Below, in pieces: positions 49,735-62,443 of a stretch of DNA of 64,000 bases. Positions within the stretch are counted from its first letter, which is position 1, and each line of letters starts with the position of its first letter. The stretch comes from Octopus sinensis (Eukaryota): contig NC_042998.1 in assembly GCF_006345805.1 (NCBI RefSeq), positions 19,344,001 to 19,408,000 of the forward strand, read 5' to 3'. The notes below the pieces were generated by a model, which was not told the origin of the DNA, searched no databases, and saw nothing but the letters and a program-made list of their open reading frames with translations. Made by a program: the position numbers and the translations under genes.

Positions 49735-51059
49735 CTGTTCGAAGATAAAAGAGAAAAACATACAACGCCTCAGGTAACTTGTCATTAGATCTATTCTTTG
49801 TTACTTGAATACAGAGTAATACTACCGTGATAAAAGAATCAATTATTAGTCTTTTCATGTTTGTTCTTTCCTATTTTTTAAAAAAAAAACATTTTCTTTC
49901 TATTTAATTACAAATGAGTGAAAAAAGTTTGGAAAATCGCAAGACTGCAGTACTTCATTAAGCATAGTGGTGCTCAAATGGCAATGCACGTATAGGCGGA
50001 ATGCACTTGCAATATATGTGTCAATTCGTACGTTCGTGCTTCAAATTGATGATCGTTAATGGGTTATCAAGTTCGTGCTGCAGTGTGCACAATGGATTTC
50101 AATGTCACTTTACTACAGCTTATACTGTCTAGAAGACACAATTTGTTTGGATCAGACAATCTAGTTACTAACCAACTAACCTATACTTGTTATACACTCA
50201 GCGAAACTACTAATCATCTTTGATAAACCCAAGTATCGCTCAACAACTAGGTTTATGGCGGTGTAAATTTATTTCATGCATGGTTGGAGCTTGAGCTGTG
50301 AGGTACAGTAAAATAATGTATGTTTGCAGTGATTGGTTAAACTTCTCTTCTGAATAGCAACAATTTCACTTGGAGAGTTCGTTGGCAAATTCATATATCT
50401 TTTCCTAGTCGCTTCAAAATAGTGACAGTTTGGCCAATATCATATTTAGTAATTAAAGTGTCGATGGAATAAAAACCATTTTACGTTGTTTTAAAGTAAA
50501 AAAAAAAATCCATCTATGATTCGAAGTGTTCCTATGCAGCATGATTTCTGAATAGATAATTCATATTTTCTGCCCATTTATTTCAGGTAGTTACGGCGAC
50601 AGAAAAGAGGCCGGGAAGGTTTTCTTGGTCAATCTATTCGTACTATCTAGAGCTTCGCTTTGTGAAATATATATGTATGTATAAAAATTGCTTCCGGAAA
50701 AACGAGAGGGCTCACTATCATTTATCATGCCAATCATTACTTTCACCTGTATATAGTTTACAAATTGTCGTGTAATGGAAAGTGCTTTCTGATTGCTTGT
50801 TTTCCTTTCTTTTGCCCTAGTACATTAACTGTTATTTAGGGTTTCCTGCTACTTTTTTCCTTGTCGTAACTCTTTACTTTATGTAGCATGTAAATTAAAC
50901 AATAATAGTCAATATACGTGAGCATGACAAGCTTCTTTTAGCTTTACAGGAAATATATTCTGGAACAATCTAGAACGGAAAAAAGCAGGTTACAAAAAGA
51001 GTCATCTTTCTTTCTATCTCTCTCACACTCTCTGTAGATACACAATCATATGCTCTTAT

Positions 51060-51245
51060 ACACATATTATACATATGTATATATATATATTATATATATA
51101 TATATATGTATGTACATATATGTATATGTATGTATGTATATATATGTGTGTGTGTGTATATATATATATGTATATATATATAGGTTAAATAAAATGAGAT
51201 ATGTATATATATACGTATGTATTTGTGTATATATGTATATATAAG
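51060..51245. repeat. (TA)n/(TG)n compound microsatellite
   Basis: Directly visible. Confidence 0.95.
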
Positions 51246-52004
51246 CAGCGTAGTTATAAAAGTAATTGAGTATCCCTTCAGATCTAATTATATTGGAATA
51301 TTTAAACCCATGTGTGCTCAAGATAATTTACAGCAGTAATACCACATAAATGAAAATGCAACCCAATCCTTAATTAGCCGAATAATAATATGGCACAACT
51401 ATATTGAAAATAGAGAACATGTCAAAATCTGAGAAAATATATTGTAGCTGAAAAAAATATCCTGAATCAAAGAATGCCTGAAACGTAATGTTCACAAAAT
51501 TGCAAAATTTTACCAGAATAAGGTCGACAAAGAATCTTTGAAGAAAATGAACAAATTAAACTACAAAAGAAAACTTGTCTCTTAACAAGAATTATAAACG
51601 AATTAAATACAATCCATTGCAGCATCAATAGCAAGCAATGTCATAGGATGGGGTGAACATATACAATGATAAGATGAGCTTATGGATAACAACAAATTTA
51701 GCATCGTAGCAATAGAAAATGTATAACGACACATACTCGCGAATCCTCGATATGGGACGAGAAAGCACCTGAATATAACATAACCAAATTCTGGTTAGAA
51801 TATGTAACATGAACATATATCAAGGGGCAAGCACACATGTATATTAATAAGTTTAAATTGAATCAAGGCAACACAAAAATGCCAGCTGTGCTTCTGACAA
51901 GATAAACCATCTCAATCTACAATACTAAAGGAAGAGCAAATTTAAAAGAGGAAGTTCTTAGAATGGGAGAATTTGCAACAAGTAGTATATGTTTTAAAAT
52001 TATG

Positions 52005-55000
52005 AGTTAGTTAGTTAGTTAGTTAGTTAGTTAATTTGGCTCAAAAGCAAATAGCAAGGCCATGTAGGGGGTCATGGAGTTAAGTACAGGGCGGTGTTCA
52101 TGTAAAGAGTTCAGGCCACTTGAGGTCAAGGGAGGCTTTGAACAAAGCGGTCGTCGGCATCTTCACCATCTCGTCTGGCAGCTTGTTCCACGGATCCGCA
52201 ACCCGGACGGAGAAAGCTCCTCTCCTTCGATTGAGATGAAATCGTCGCAGGTAGAGCTTTTCGGAATGACCCCGCAGCCGACACTCTGGAGCAGGAGTGA
52301 AGAACAGCTCTTTCGACAGGTTACACTTTCCGCTTATGATGTTGTGGGCGAGAATGAGATCACCACGTCGGCGGCGTTTTTCTAGAGAATAATGGTCGAG
52401 CGTCCTCAGCCTTTCTTCATAGGACAAATTTTTGAGACCATGAACCATGCGGGTAGCCAGCTTCTGGACTCTTTCGAGATGCTGTATGTCTTTGAGGAGA
52501 AAAGGAGAAGAGGCTTGAATCCCGTACTCCAATATGGGTCTCACTAGCGTGAAATAGAGTGGTAGGAATATGGCTGCTGTGAGCATTCCGAATGACCGTC
52601 GAATCAAGAACAGAATTCCGCGTGCTTTGCTGGCAGCATGGACGCACTGGGCCGAAGGCGAAAAGGAGGAATCCAACAAGATACCCAGGTCCTTTACCTG
52701 ATCGGTCCTCTCCAGCAGCAGACGACCCGGCTCGAAATCAAGTTGAGTTGCAGGAGTAGAGCCGACAGGCAGATGACAGCACTTTGACACGTTCAGACAC
52801 AGGTCCCATTCGTTAGACCACCTCCAAATCACCTATATCACAGCGAGGAGCGACCAGTTTGACATCGTCGGCAAATAGAAGGGTGTGTTGCGTGAGGTCG
52901 TCGGGCAAGTCATTTATGAAGACTAAGAACAATAAGGGCCCAAGCACTGAACCTTTAGGCACGCCAATGCTCGCACTGGAGACGTCGGAACGCGAACCAT
53001 TAACTTGGACTTGGAAGGAGCGATCTGAGAGGAAGGCACCAACCCATCGTACAATATCCGGATGGAAACTATATGCTTGAAGCTTGACAAGTAATAGGCG
53101 GTGGTTTACCGAGTCAAAAGCTTTGGCAAAGTTCAATAAAACGATGTCAACAGCATCACTATCATCGAGGATGCGCGTCACCAATTCTTCCATTACCAGT
53201 AAGTTGGTCAAGCATGATCTCTTCGGCACGAAGCCGTGTTGGGAATCAGAGATAGAGGCTGTGTTTTGGAGTTGGAGCATCATACTTTTCTTAAGGATGG
53301 TTTCGAACATCTTGCTGATTATTGATGTAAGGGAAACCGGTCGGTAGTTAAGCGGGTCTTCGAAGCTCCCTTTCTTGAAAATTGGGCAGATTATCGCTGT
53401 TCTCCAGTCCGCAGGTATAACACCCGTCGCCAATGACATATTGAATAGACGTGTTAAGGACTCGCAGATGACCGGAGCCAACGCTTTGATAACCCGTGGG
53501 TGTATGCCGTCAGGGCCGTGACCCTTGTTGACATCGAGGCCTTGAATAACACGTTTGTGTTCCTCCCGCGTGATGACCAATCGAAGCATTGGAGGTACCG
53601 ATCTATCAAATGGAGGGGGTTCACGACCATCATCTTGTTTGAAAATAGTTGAAAAAGGCTCGGCAAATAATTGACTCTGTTGATAAGGGTCCTCAATCGA
53701 TACGCCTGTTGAGTCTACCAACGTTGCAATCTGGTTGTTCAAGCGGGAATTCCGTTGGACATGGGCAAAGAAGGTTTTTGGATTGCTACTGGCATTTGCC
53801 GCGATTTTGTATTCATAACTGAAGCGTTCTTCCTTTTCAATTTTCACGGCTCGGTCTCGTTGAGTTTCGTACACCTCAAAAGCTGCAGTCGAATCCAGAT
53901 TTTTGATTTCAGCCCAAGCAATATCTCTGAGTCGAAGTTCTCGTTTAACATTCTTCGTCACCCAGGGCTTGTGTTTCTTCTTCTTGGGAAGCCCAACGAG
54001 AACTGCCTGGTCAATCGACCAGATTACATATGCTTTGAGGGATGACCATAGTTCGTCAACTGAGGACAACGTCATCAGGGATCGCCAGTCCAGAAGCGCG
54101 GAAGCCTCGGTTAGAATTTCAAGATTAATTGCAGAGAAGATTCTACGTGGCAGCGAAGTAGTCGTGGGCGTAGAAAAAGTTGTGTGCATGACGAACTTCA
54201 GGATCGCATGATCACTCTTGGCAAGAGGGGCGCACACAGATACGTCTGACACTGATCTTGGATAGCGGGAGAATACCAGATCCAGCATAGATGGCTGCTG
54301 CCCAGACCGATGCCTTGTCGGATATTCAACATGTTGCGATAGAAAACAATCTTCAGCCACGTCAAGAAGGGCCTGGCCGAACCGGGAAGATGATGTACAA
54401 ATTGATGCGGGCCAATCGATCGTGGGTGCGTTGAAGTCTCCTAGTATCAAACAGTCATGCGAAGCTGAAACGAATCTTATCGCTTCGAGTAAATGAGCAT
54501 CGTCCTGGGGGTCGGCAAGAGGCGACCTGTAGATAGCTAACACGGGCAGGCAAAACCCGGATAGGCTCAGCTTGCAATAGACGGCATCGAATTTTGTTGT
54601 AGGTTGAGCATTAGTGGGTAGAATACAGCTGGACGGTTTGTGATCAGATTTAACATACACAGCAACACCTCCACCTCGCCTTTTTTCTCTGTCACATCTG
54701 AAGAGGTCGTAGCCCTGTAGGTGGATTTCTTAGTCCTTTACTGCTGGAGTTAGCCAAGTCTCGGTGATAGCTATCACATCAGGGGAGTCACGTATGGCCA
54801 GTGTAAATAGTTCGCTGAACTTTGGAAATAAGGAGCACGATTTGGTATAGACGATGCTGAGATGTGAAGTTTGAGGGGCGGGAGTTGGGGAACAAGCAGA
54901 ATAAGGGGTATCAGAGATAGCATCGTTGACGGGTGTATCTACTTTACTTCGATTCGCCTTCAATTCACTTTCCCTGTCAGCACTACAGCATGCGACTAGA

Positions 55001-55470
55001 GATAGGACTTGATTACTTGTCCATCTTGGATGCGTAAAGCCTTCTCTCCCATCTGTTTTCTCATCTTTAGTTCGGAGTACGTGGGTGAAATTCAAATTCT
55101 TGTTTTCTACCTGTGCAAACCACTTGAAGGAATTCTGCTCAGCAGTATTAGTGTTTCCAAAAAACTGGGGCACTGAAAACATCCCTGGCGCAACCATAGA
55201 GAAAAACTACGCCAAATTATCCCTGCTAATTATATCAGCAAATTCCATCGGAAAGGTAGACAGCAAATTCAAGAGCAAAACGATATTTTGTATGGCTGCT
55301 AGAACGAGATGGGAGAGGAAATGAAAACACAGACACAATATAGCAAAATCATAAAGTAAAATAATGTTAAACTAATCTGAATCGATAACAGACAGATGGT
55401 GCAAGGTCAGAATATTTAGGAGGCTCGGGAAAAGATCCACTTTTAATGCCTTGACATTTTCCTGAGTTTC
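52005..55470 (-). mobile_element. CR1-like non-LTR retrotransposon, near full length, inactivated
   Basis: APE plus RT ORF, CR1-type C-terminus (LRGH..KL...F..RV...WN.LP), 3' UTR and (TAAC)n tail; the 5' boundary is approximate. Confidence 0.92.
52098..55197 (-). pseudogene. LINE ORF2 (apurinic endonuclease + reverse transcriptase), disrupted
   Basis: APE motifs ITETWL, LGDFNAP, SDH; RT motifs NFAKAFD, VPKGSVLGPLLF, FADD; in-frame stop at 54730-54732, frameshift near 52830, D-to-N and Q-to-K in conserved RT motifs. Confidence 0.92.
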
Positions 55471-55692
55471 TTGGGCAATGTATATAGATCAATACAAGGC
55501 GTTCTTTCTACAACGTTTTGAGGAACGCTTTAAGTTTCTAATACGTCTCCGCGTAAAAGGTTTCTATTTGGTTTATTACATTATCATAGGCAATACAAGT
55601 CATATGCCACCAGAAACACAGCACAATGTATTAGGTTATGACAAAAGGCTCCTGGACTTGTTGAACTTACTAAAAAAATTATTTATTTACCA

Positions 55693-56098
55693 AGAGTGGC
55701 TGAGTGGTAAATAGCTTGTTTACCAACCACATGCTTCTGGGTTCAGTCCCACTGCCACGCAAGTGCCTTCTACTATAGCCTCGGGCTGACCAAAGCCTTT
55801 TAAGTGGATTTGGTAGACGGAAACAGAAAGAAGCCCTTCTTATATATGTATATATATATGTATATGCGCGTGTGTTTGTGTATCTGTGTTTGTCACACCA
55901 ACATCACTTGACAACCGATGCTAGTGTGTTTGCGTCCCCGTAACTTAGCGGTTCGGTAAAAGAGACTGATAGAATAAGCACTAGGCTTACAAAGTATAAG
56001 TCCTGGGTTCGATTTGCACGACTAAAGGCGGTGCTCCAGCATGACCACAGTGAAATTACTGAAACAAGTAAAAGAGTAAAAGAGAGTAAAAAGAGTAT
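55693..56098 (+). mobile_element. SINE family A
   Basis: Head, body and GTAAAAGAG tail. Confidence 0.92.
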
Positions 56099-56512
56099 AG
56101 TTTTAACAACATCTCCTTCGAAATGGCTATGTTGCGTAGCAACACACCACTGTTCTAGTATTCGAAGCCCTTTTGGAATTCGGCCTGGAAGTCGTTTTCC
56201 GTAACTGAGTCTAAGATCTTTTGTGATTTGCTCTGCATCTCAACAACGGTGTTAAAACGGCGAGCTTTGAGCTGCATTTTTATTTTGGGGAAGAGGTGGA
56301 AGTTCGCAGGTGCTAAACCTAGCGAATAGGTTGCGGAAGCTATACCATGTTGTTTTTGGCGAGAAACGAAGGAGAAGAATCCAATTATTCACCCTCTCCA
56401 CAGATCCAGTTGATTTTCGCCGAATGTACTCCCTCATTCGCTTCAAAACATCGGAGTAAAACTCTCGATTGACGGTCTAGCCTTGAGAGAAGATTTCCCG
56501 ATGCACAATACG

Positions 56513-56678
56513 CAGGCGTAATGGACCAGTGGTTAGGGCAGTTGACTCGTGTTCGTAGGATCGTGGTTTCGATTCTCGGACCTGGCGTTGTGAGAGTTTA
56601 TTGAGCGAAAACACCTAAAAGCTCCACGTGGCTATAGCAGGGGGTGGTGGCGAATCCTGCTGTACTCTTTCACCACAA
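56513..56678 (+). mobile_element. SINE family C, 3'-truncated
   Basis: Head and body match family C. Confidence 0.88.
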
Positions 56679-56734
56679 ACGGCGGTGCATCAGCATGGCC
56701 GCAGCTCTGAGCTGAAACTAGAGAGAAAAAATGC

Positions 56735-57143
56735 CATGTTTCTGGGTGTGACGCTTGTGGCAGATCTTCCTAATCACCCATCGTCTTCCAGTGACGTTCT
56801 ACCGCTTTTGAAGCACGTATGCCACTCAAAACATTGCATACGACCGATTGCCTCTTCGCTCTAGGCTTGCTGAAGCATGCTCAATGTTTCTGTAACAGAC
56901 CCCCCTGGTTTATCGCAAAATTTCACGTTGGCTTTCTGTTCCTGTCCATAACAAAATCACAGACAACACTATACACGTGATCATAAAAATACAAATTTCA
57001 CAATTTACTAAGTAAACACAGCACTGTCCCTCGGTACACTCCCTCATGAAGGTCAACGCTACCTCTGACTGCGCACACAATCCAGTGCTGCCACCTGTTG
57101 ACGCACTACAGAACTAGTTTAAGACCTTTTTGATTCCACCTCG
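56735..57143 (-). mobile_element. mariner transposon 5' fragment
   Basis: TIR-like CGAGGTGGAATCAAAAAG end; translation EQKANVKFC..SVTETLSMLQQA..EEA..R.QCFEWH..FKSGRTSLEDD. Confidence 0.85.
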
Positions 57144-57607
57144 AATTTTGGGTGTAGTCATTGTTTGGCTTTCATAGGGTGTTAACCATTGTGGATTCGG
57201 TTGAATATATGTATACAAGACCTCCTTTTCATCAATAATGATGATTCTATCCAGAAATCATTTAGAAGTATTTCTACTCACAAATTACGAGCGGAGAAAG
57301 CTCTTACATTATGCTCAGAAGCTCTGAAAATAATACACCCACTGACCAAGTTCCAAGGATTTTTTTAGTCAATGAAAACGTTTTATTTTCGAAATATGAC
57401 CTACTCAGACAGTTACGTAAATTCTCGTGCTGTTTGCTTTGAATTTTACGCAAAAACTCTATTCAAATCTGAAGTTTGATAGGCAAACTTAGTCGTCCAG
57501 ATTGAGGAGAATATATAAGTGAGAAATCACACGAGCGAAATAGGTCGAACTCGTTGTTGTCATGTACGGATACTCAAAAGTTCATTTCTATAGACAGAAC
57601 AATATTT

Positions 57608-57715
57608 TAATCCTTTCGGGGGTCGATAAAGTAAGTACCGGTTGCGTACTGGGATCGATCTAGTTGACTGACCCCTCCCGAAAATTTTCTGGCCTTGTGC
57701 CTAGAGTAGAAAAGA
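57608..57715 (+). mobile_element. SINE family B 3' fragment
   Basis: CCTTTCGGGGGTCGATAAA...GGCCTTGTGCCTAGAGTAGAAA. Confidence 0.82.
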
Positions 57716-58639
57716 ATATATTTTTCCTTTTCCATTGGAGAAGGGCCCATTCTGAAGCTGTACAGCATATAAAGTATGATAAGTGTTTGATCTACACTCA
57801 TTTTAATACGGTTAAAATTGCTACGAATTTAACCACTATGACAAAGTAATAGGCAACGATAGGTAATAACGTAGAATTAAGAAGCATCCTCAAAGTGGTC
57901 AGGTCAAAAACGTGATAGAGCTTTCATTCCAAATTAATAATATGAAGCGTATATAAATTCCATTTATTGTACCGTTTCATTAAAGCCAGCCATAAATAAT
58001 CCTTTCCATCACATTAATTTTTATGCGTGTCTTCGTTCTTATATTTATGGCTACTGGTTGTAATATCAAATTAAGCAATGATTTGGTCTGACATAGATTG
58101 TTTCTTCTTAAAACAAATTTAGTATCAGTAATTTCGTTATACCGCCAATCACACGAGATTTCATTTAACTGTTAATTTAAGGATATTTAGTAAAGAAAAT
58201 AGATATAAATTTAAAGATGTAAAAAGTGATAATAAATATCAGACATTTTACATTATATTTACACTACATCGCTGATCAAATTTATTTCAGATGTCAGATT
58301 TTTTAGGAAGGAAGTATTTAATTGATAGCAGCGTGTCATCTCATTTAGCTAATTGTGTTTCTGGCAAGATCAAACGTATAAGATTTAATATCAGCTTATT
58401 ATCGGTGTTCTCTCTTCTATATTAATATTTGCAAACGTCAATATTTGTCAGTAAATAATTTGGAAATATGTAGTTTGCCAAACTGTAAACTTCTTGTCTC
58501 ATGCCCCATGCTCAATTACGCATTCCATTTTGAAGAAATAGATTTTTTTTAATGCTTCCCATTGCAAAATAATTTTAAGTTAATCATTATAAAACACAGT
58601 TATTGCTGACGAATCAAAGTAGCCAGCAATATTAACTGG

Positions 58640-59030
58640 GTACAGGACGGCCACCTGGGAGAATCGTTACCGCGGTGGGCATAACGCTTAGCGGCGTTTC
58701 ACCAGACTTTACGTTCTATTTCCACCAAAGTCGAAGTTGTCCATTTTGATCAAAGGGTTTGATCGACTTAACCCTCCTCCAATATTACTGGTCTTGTGCC
58801 AATATTTGAAACCGATATTAACTAAGTATTGAAGCGGCGTGATGGCAGAATTGCTAGCACGCCGAGCAAATTGCCTGATTTTACGTTCTGAGTTCAGATT
58901 CTGTCGTGGTCGAGTTTACCTTTTATCCTTACGGTGGTCGATAAAATAAGTATCACTTGTTCATTGGGGTCAATGTAATGGACGTAATCCCGTCACCAAA
59001 CTTCCTGGTCTTGGCTCAGAATTTGAGACC
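58640..59030 (+). mobile_element. Two degenerate SINE family B copies in tandem
   Basis: Heads at about 58645 and 58835; tails GGTCTTGTGCCAATATTTGAAACC and GGTCTTGGCTCAGAATTTGAGACC. Confidence 0.75.
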
Positions 59031-59420
59031 GATTTTAACAGAGAGTAGTTCCTATTTCTAATTTCAGGGAAAATGCTTATCTTCTGAAGGGACTGAAAAA
59101 GAGATAGAATTATGAACATACTGTACAAGTTTTCAAACCCATCAGTAATGAATGTATACATAGTACTGAGCTAAATTCCAATCAGTTGTGTCCTATATAG
59201 ATATCCAGGAATAATACTCCCGATGATCATCGAAAATCACACCCATTGAAATGCAATGTAGATATAGTAAATATAACATATACGTCATCACATTCGAATT
59301 GGTGAGATGTTTGACTGTCATCAGCTGCCAGAGATACCAAAACTTGTGGTTGGACAAAAGAAGGAACTACTCTTGTGGTTACTTTCCAATCACAAGGGTA
59401 GTTCCTGCTTTTATCAGGAA

Positions 59421-59813
59421 CTAGCAGTATCGCCCGGCGTTGCTCGGGTTTGTAAGGGAAATAACTATATAGCATTTTTTGAGAGTTATAGCCAAAAATT
59501 AGCAAAAAATGCATTAAAAATGGAAAAAATATGATGGTAATTTTTTTTTAAATCGTTGACTCATCGTAGACATTTTTAGAGAGTTACTTCCCTTTAAAAA
59601 AATATGCATGAAAATGGAAAAAAAATTATAGTAAATTATTTTTTAAATCGTAGACTCATCGTAGACGCGCGCTAATACCCAGAAGGGCTCGATATGAATC
59701 ACGACTATAAGATACCAGGTTTTGGTTAAACTGCACCGCAAAATGTGGGAGTAGTTAGGAATCTAAATCGAAGGGGACAGAAACTCACACAACTACAGTT
59801 TTATATATAAAGA
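59421..59813 (-). mobile_element. Non-autonomous Helitron
   Basis: 5'-TC start after A, subterminal hairpin CCCGAGCAACGCCGGG (59433-59448), 3'-CTAG followed by T. Confidence 0.8.
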
Positions 59814-60037
59814 TTTCCTAAAACACGATGTTTGTAGTATGTTTTGCTGCAGAGATCAAAGAGTGAAAATGGGAGGTAAACTACTGCTTGTAAATAAAAT
59901 ATTTCAAAGGGATTCAGTGATATAGTGAGAAGTATGAGGTGGCAAAGATTGAGACATTAACTAGCATGTCGGAAAATATTGTCTAACGGTATTTATTAAC
60001 AACACTCTGTTTCGTCTATTCAAATAGATACTTATGA

Positions 60038-60319
60038 ATATCACGTGATCACGTGACCGACCAGACCATCAGATGTTGTTACACATCGCTGGTCACAATG
60101 ACGCCATCCCGCTGGCTAAGCGAGCAGGCCAACAGAAGAAAGAGAGGGAGAAAGAGTGGTGAAAGAGTACAGCAGGGACCACCACCCCTTGCTGGAGCCT
60201 CGTGGAGCTTTTAGGTGTTTTCGCTCAATAAACACTCACAACGCCCGGTCTGGGAATTGAAACCGCGATCCTGCGACCGCGAGTCCGCTCCCCTAACCAC
60301 TAGGCCATTGCGCCTCCAC
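60038..60319 (-). mobile_element. SINE family C head/body with alternative tail
   Basis: First about 190 bp match family C; tail CATTGTGACCAGCGATGTGTAACAACATCTGATGGTCTGGTCGGTCACGTGATCACGTG. Confidence 0.9.
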
Positions 60320-60904
60320 ACTTATGAATATACAAGTATTTATCAAATCAAATGCTTCGATCCGCGTACTCTTAAACCTACAACCCATTGCCTTTATCAG
60401 AAATCACTCTGGTGATATAGGATGGTCCCTAAGAAATTCTGATAAAATAATTGTAGCTACACATCAGCGACATTTTTGCTTTCTGATCACAAAATCCACC
60501 GAGTTCAATTTTGTTTCGAATATTTACGGAAATATAATATGCAATATTAGGCGAGTATCTTATATCGTTTCGATGATGATGTAATAAAATGAGATTCAAT
60601 AGTGGGACGATATAATCAACCGCGCACTTTTTGAAAGTGTGCGTTATCTACACTTACTCTTATTATTTGGCTTATTTTAGAAAAGTAAGTTGCTTGGTGT
60701 AAAGCAATTAGTTTTGCTTAATAATTGGTAGTATATTTGGAAAGGCCTTAGGTTAAGGAACGAACTATTTTCCGAATATAATCGCTTGCCACCTTGATAT
60801 GAATTACAAACCCATCAAGCTGAACATTTCTATCTCTCTTCCGATTTCTTTAAAATATGTATATTCAGGCACTAGGTTTTTCATGACAAATTTTACCTCA
60901 CACT

Positions 60905-60908
60905 GTAT

Positions 60909-60967
<59 letters not shown>

Positions 60968-60984
60968 TTATATATATATGTATA

Positions 60985-61045
<61 letters not shown>

Positions 61046-61092
61046 GCAAGTGTGTGTATTGTGTGTATGTATGTATTTATATATGTATATAA

Positions 61093-61126
<34 letters not shown>

Positions 61127-61241
61127 GCAAGTGTGTGTATTGTGTGTATGTATGTATTTATATATGTATATAAATATATATATATGTATATATATATATA
61201 TGCAAGTGTGTGTATTGTGTGTATGTATGTATTTATATATG

Positions 61242-61281
<40 letters not shown>

Positions 61282-61310
61282 AATATATAGATATATATAT
61301 ATATATATAA
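60905..61310. repeat. (TA)n-rich array containing three copies of a roughly 75-80 bp higher-order unit
   Basis: TGCAAGTGTGTGTATTGTGTGTATGTATGTATTTATATATGTATATAAAT repeated at about 61045, 61126 and 61201. Confidence 0.93.
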
Positions 61311-61569
61311 TTTAATTTATAACTTAGGGTATCTACGAGATACCACCATGCTGAAAATAGCAGCCATGATCTGACTCTAAAACCACCTTAATTGTCCATA
61401 TATCAACACATGTTGATATATGGACAATAACCTTTGAAGGTTATTTTTTCCATGCTGACCACTTGATAAAATCGTTATTATATATTTAAATTAACGATCT
61501 TACCCTTATATATATATATACTACAAAGTAAGACAGGGGTTATGAGGGTAACCCACTATGGGATATCAG

Positions 61570-61606
<37 letters not shown>

Positions 61607-62042
61607 TGTATGTATATACGTGTGTGTGTGTGTGTGTACGTGCGTCTGTATGTATACATGTGTACTTGTATTTGTTCTGAAATATCATTCATTACATTCT
61701 GAGTTCATTTTCTGACTGGAAATTCAGTGAGCTCCTCCATATCTGCAACAAACAGTCAGTTTAGCTATTTTTGTCAAGACCTATTTCTCAAAAGGTCCTG
61801 ACATTATTTAAGACAATAAGATATGATTTCGAGGAGATTCTGCTGCTATTTCAGACCGCTGGCTTCTTCATGAAAAGTATTTTCTTTATGCTACGCCGTG
61901 GACAAATCGGCGCCGACCGAGAAATCGATAACGCATCTGAAACTATACCATATCTGATTTTCTTTTCCTCTTATACAAAAGGGAACCAATAGCAATATTC
62001 AGCGTTATTCTGAACCTCTTAGCTTCCATGCAGAATTATATA

Positions 62043-62275
62043 CTCCTTTACTCTTTTACTCTTTTACTTGTTTCGGCCATTTGAGTGTGGCCATGCTGGA
62101 GCACCGCATTTAGTCGAGCAAATCGACCCCAGGACTTATTCTTTGGAAGCCTAGTACTTATTCTATCGGTTCTCCTATAGTAGAAGACACTTGCCCATGG
62201 TGTCACGCAGTGGGACTGAACCCGGAACCATTGTTTCGTAAGCAAGCTACTTAAAATACAGCCACTCCTACACCT
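62043..62275 (-). mobile_element. SINE family A with internal deletion
   Basis: Tail joined directly to the 5' body at about 62170. Confidence 0.9.
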
Positions 62276-62407
62276 ATGGAAATATTTAAAGCAAAATAAA
62301 GAACTAAAAAAAACATATATCACTTTAATAAGTGTATTGTAATGGAGAATTTAATGATATACAAATTTATCAAAAAACCGAATATTTCACGAAATCTAGA
62401 CACATGC

Positions 62408-62443
<36 letters not shown>

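Noticed and set aside
52098-55197. LINE ORF2 as an active retrotransposase
   Set aside because: Premature stop, frameshift, and loss of the first catalytic aspartate (NFAKAFD).
60905-61310. Regularly repeated unit as a CRISPR-like array
   Set aside because: A eukaryotic low-complexity minisatellite with no unique spacers and no cas genes.
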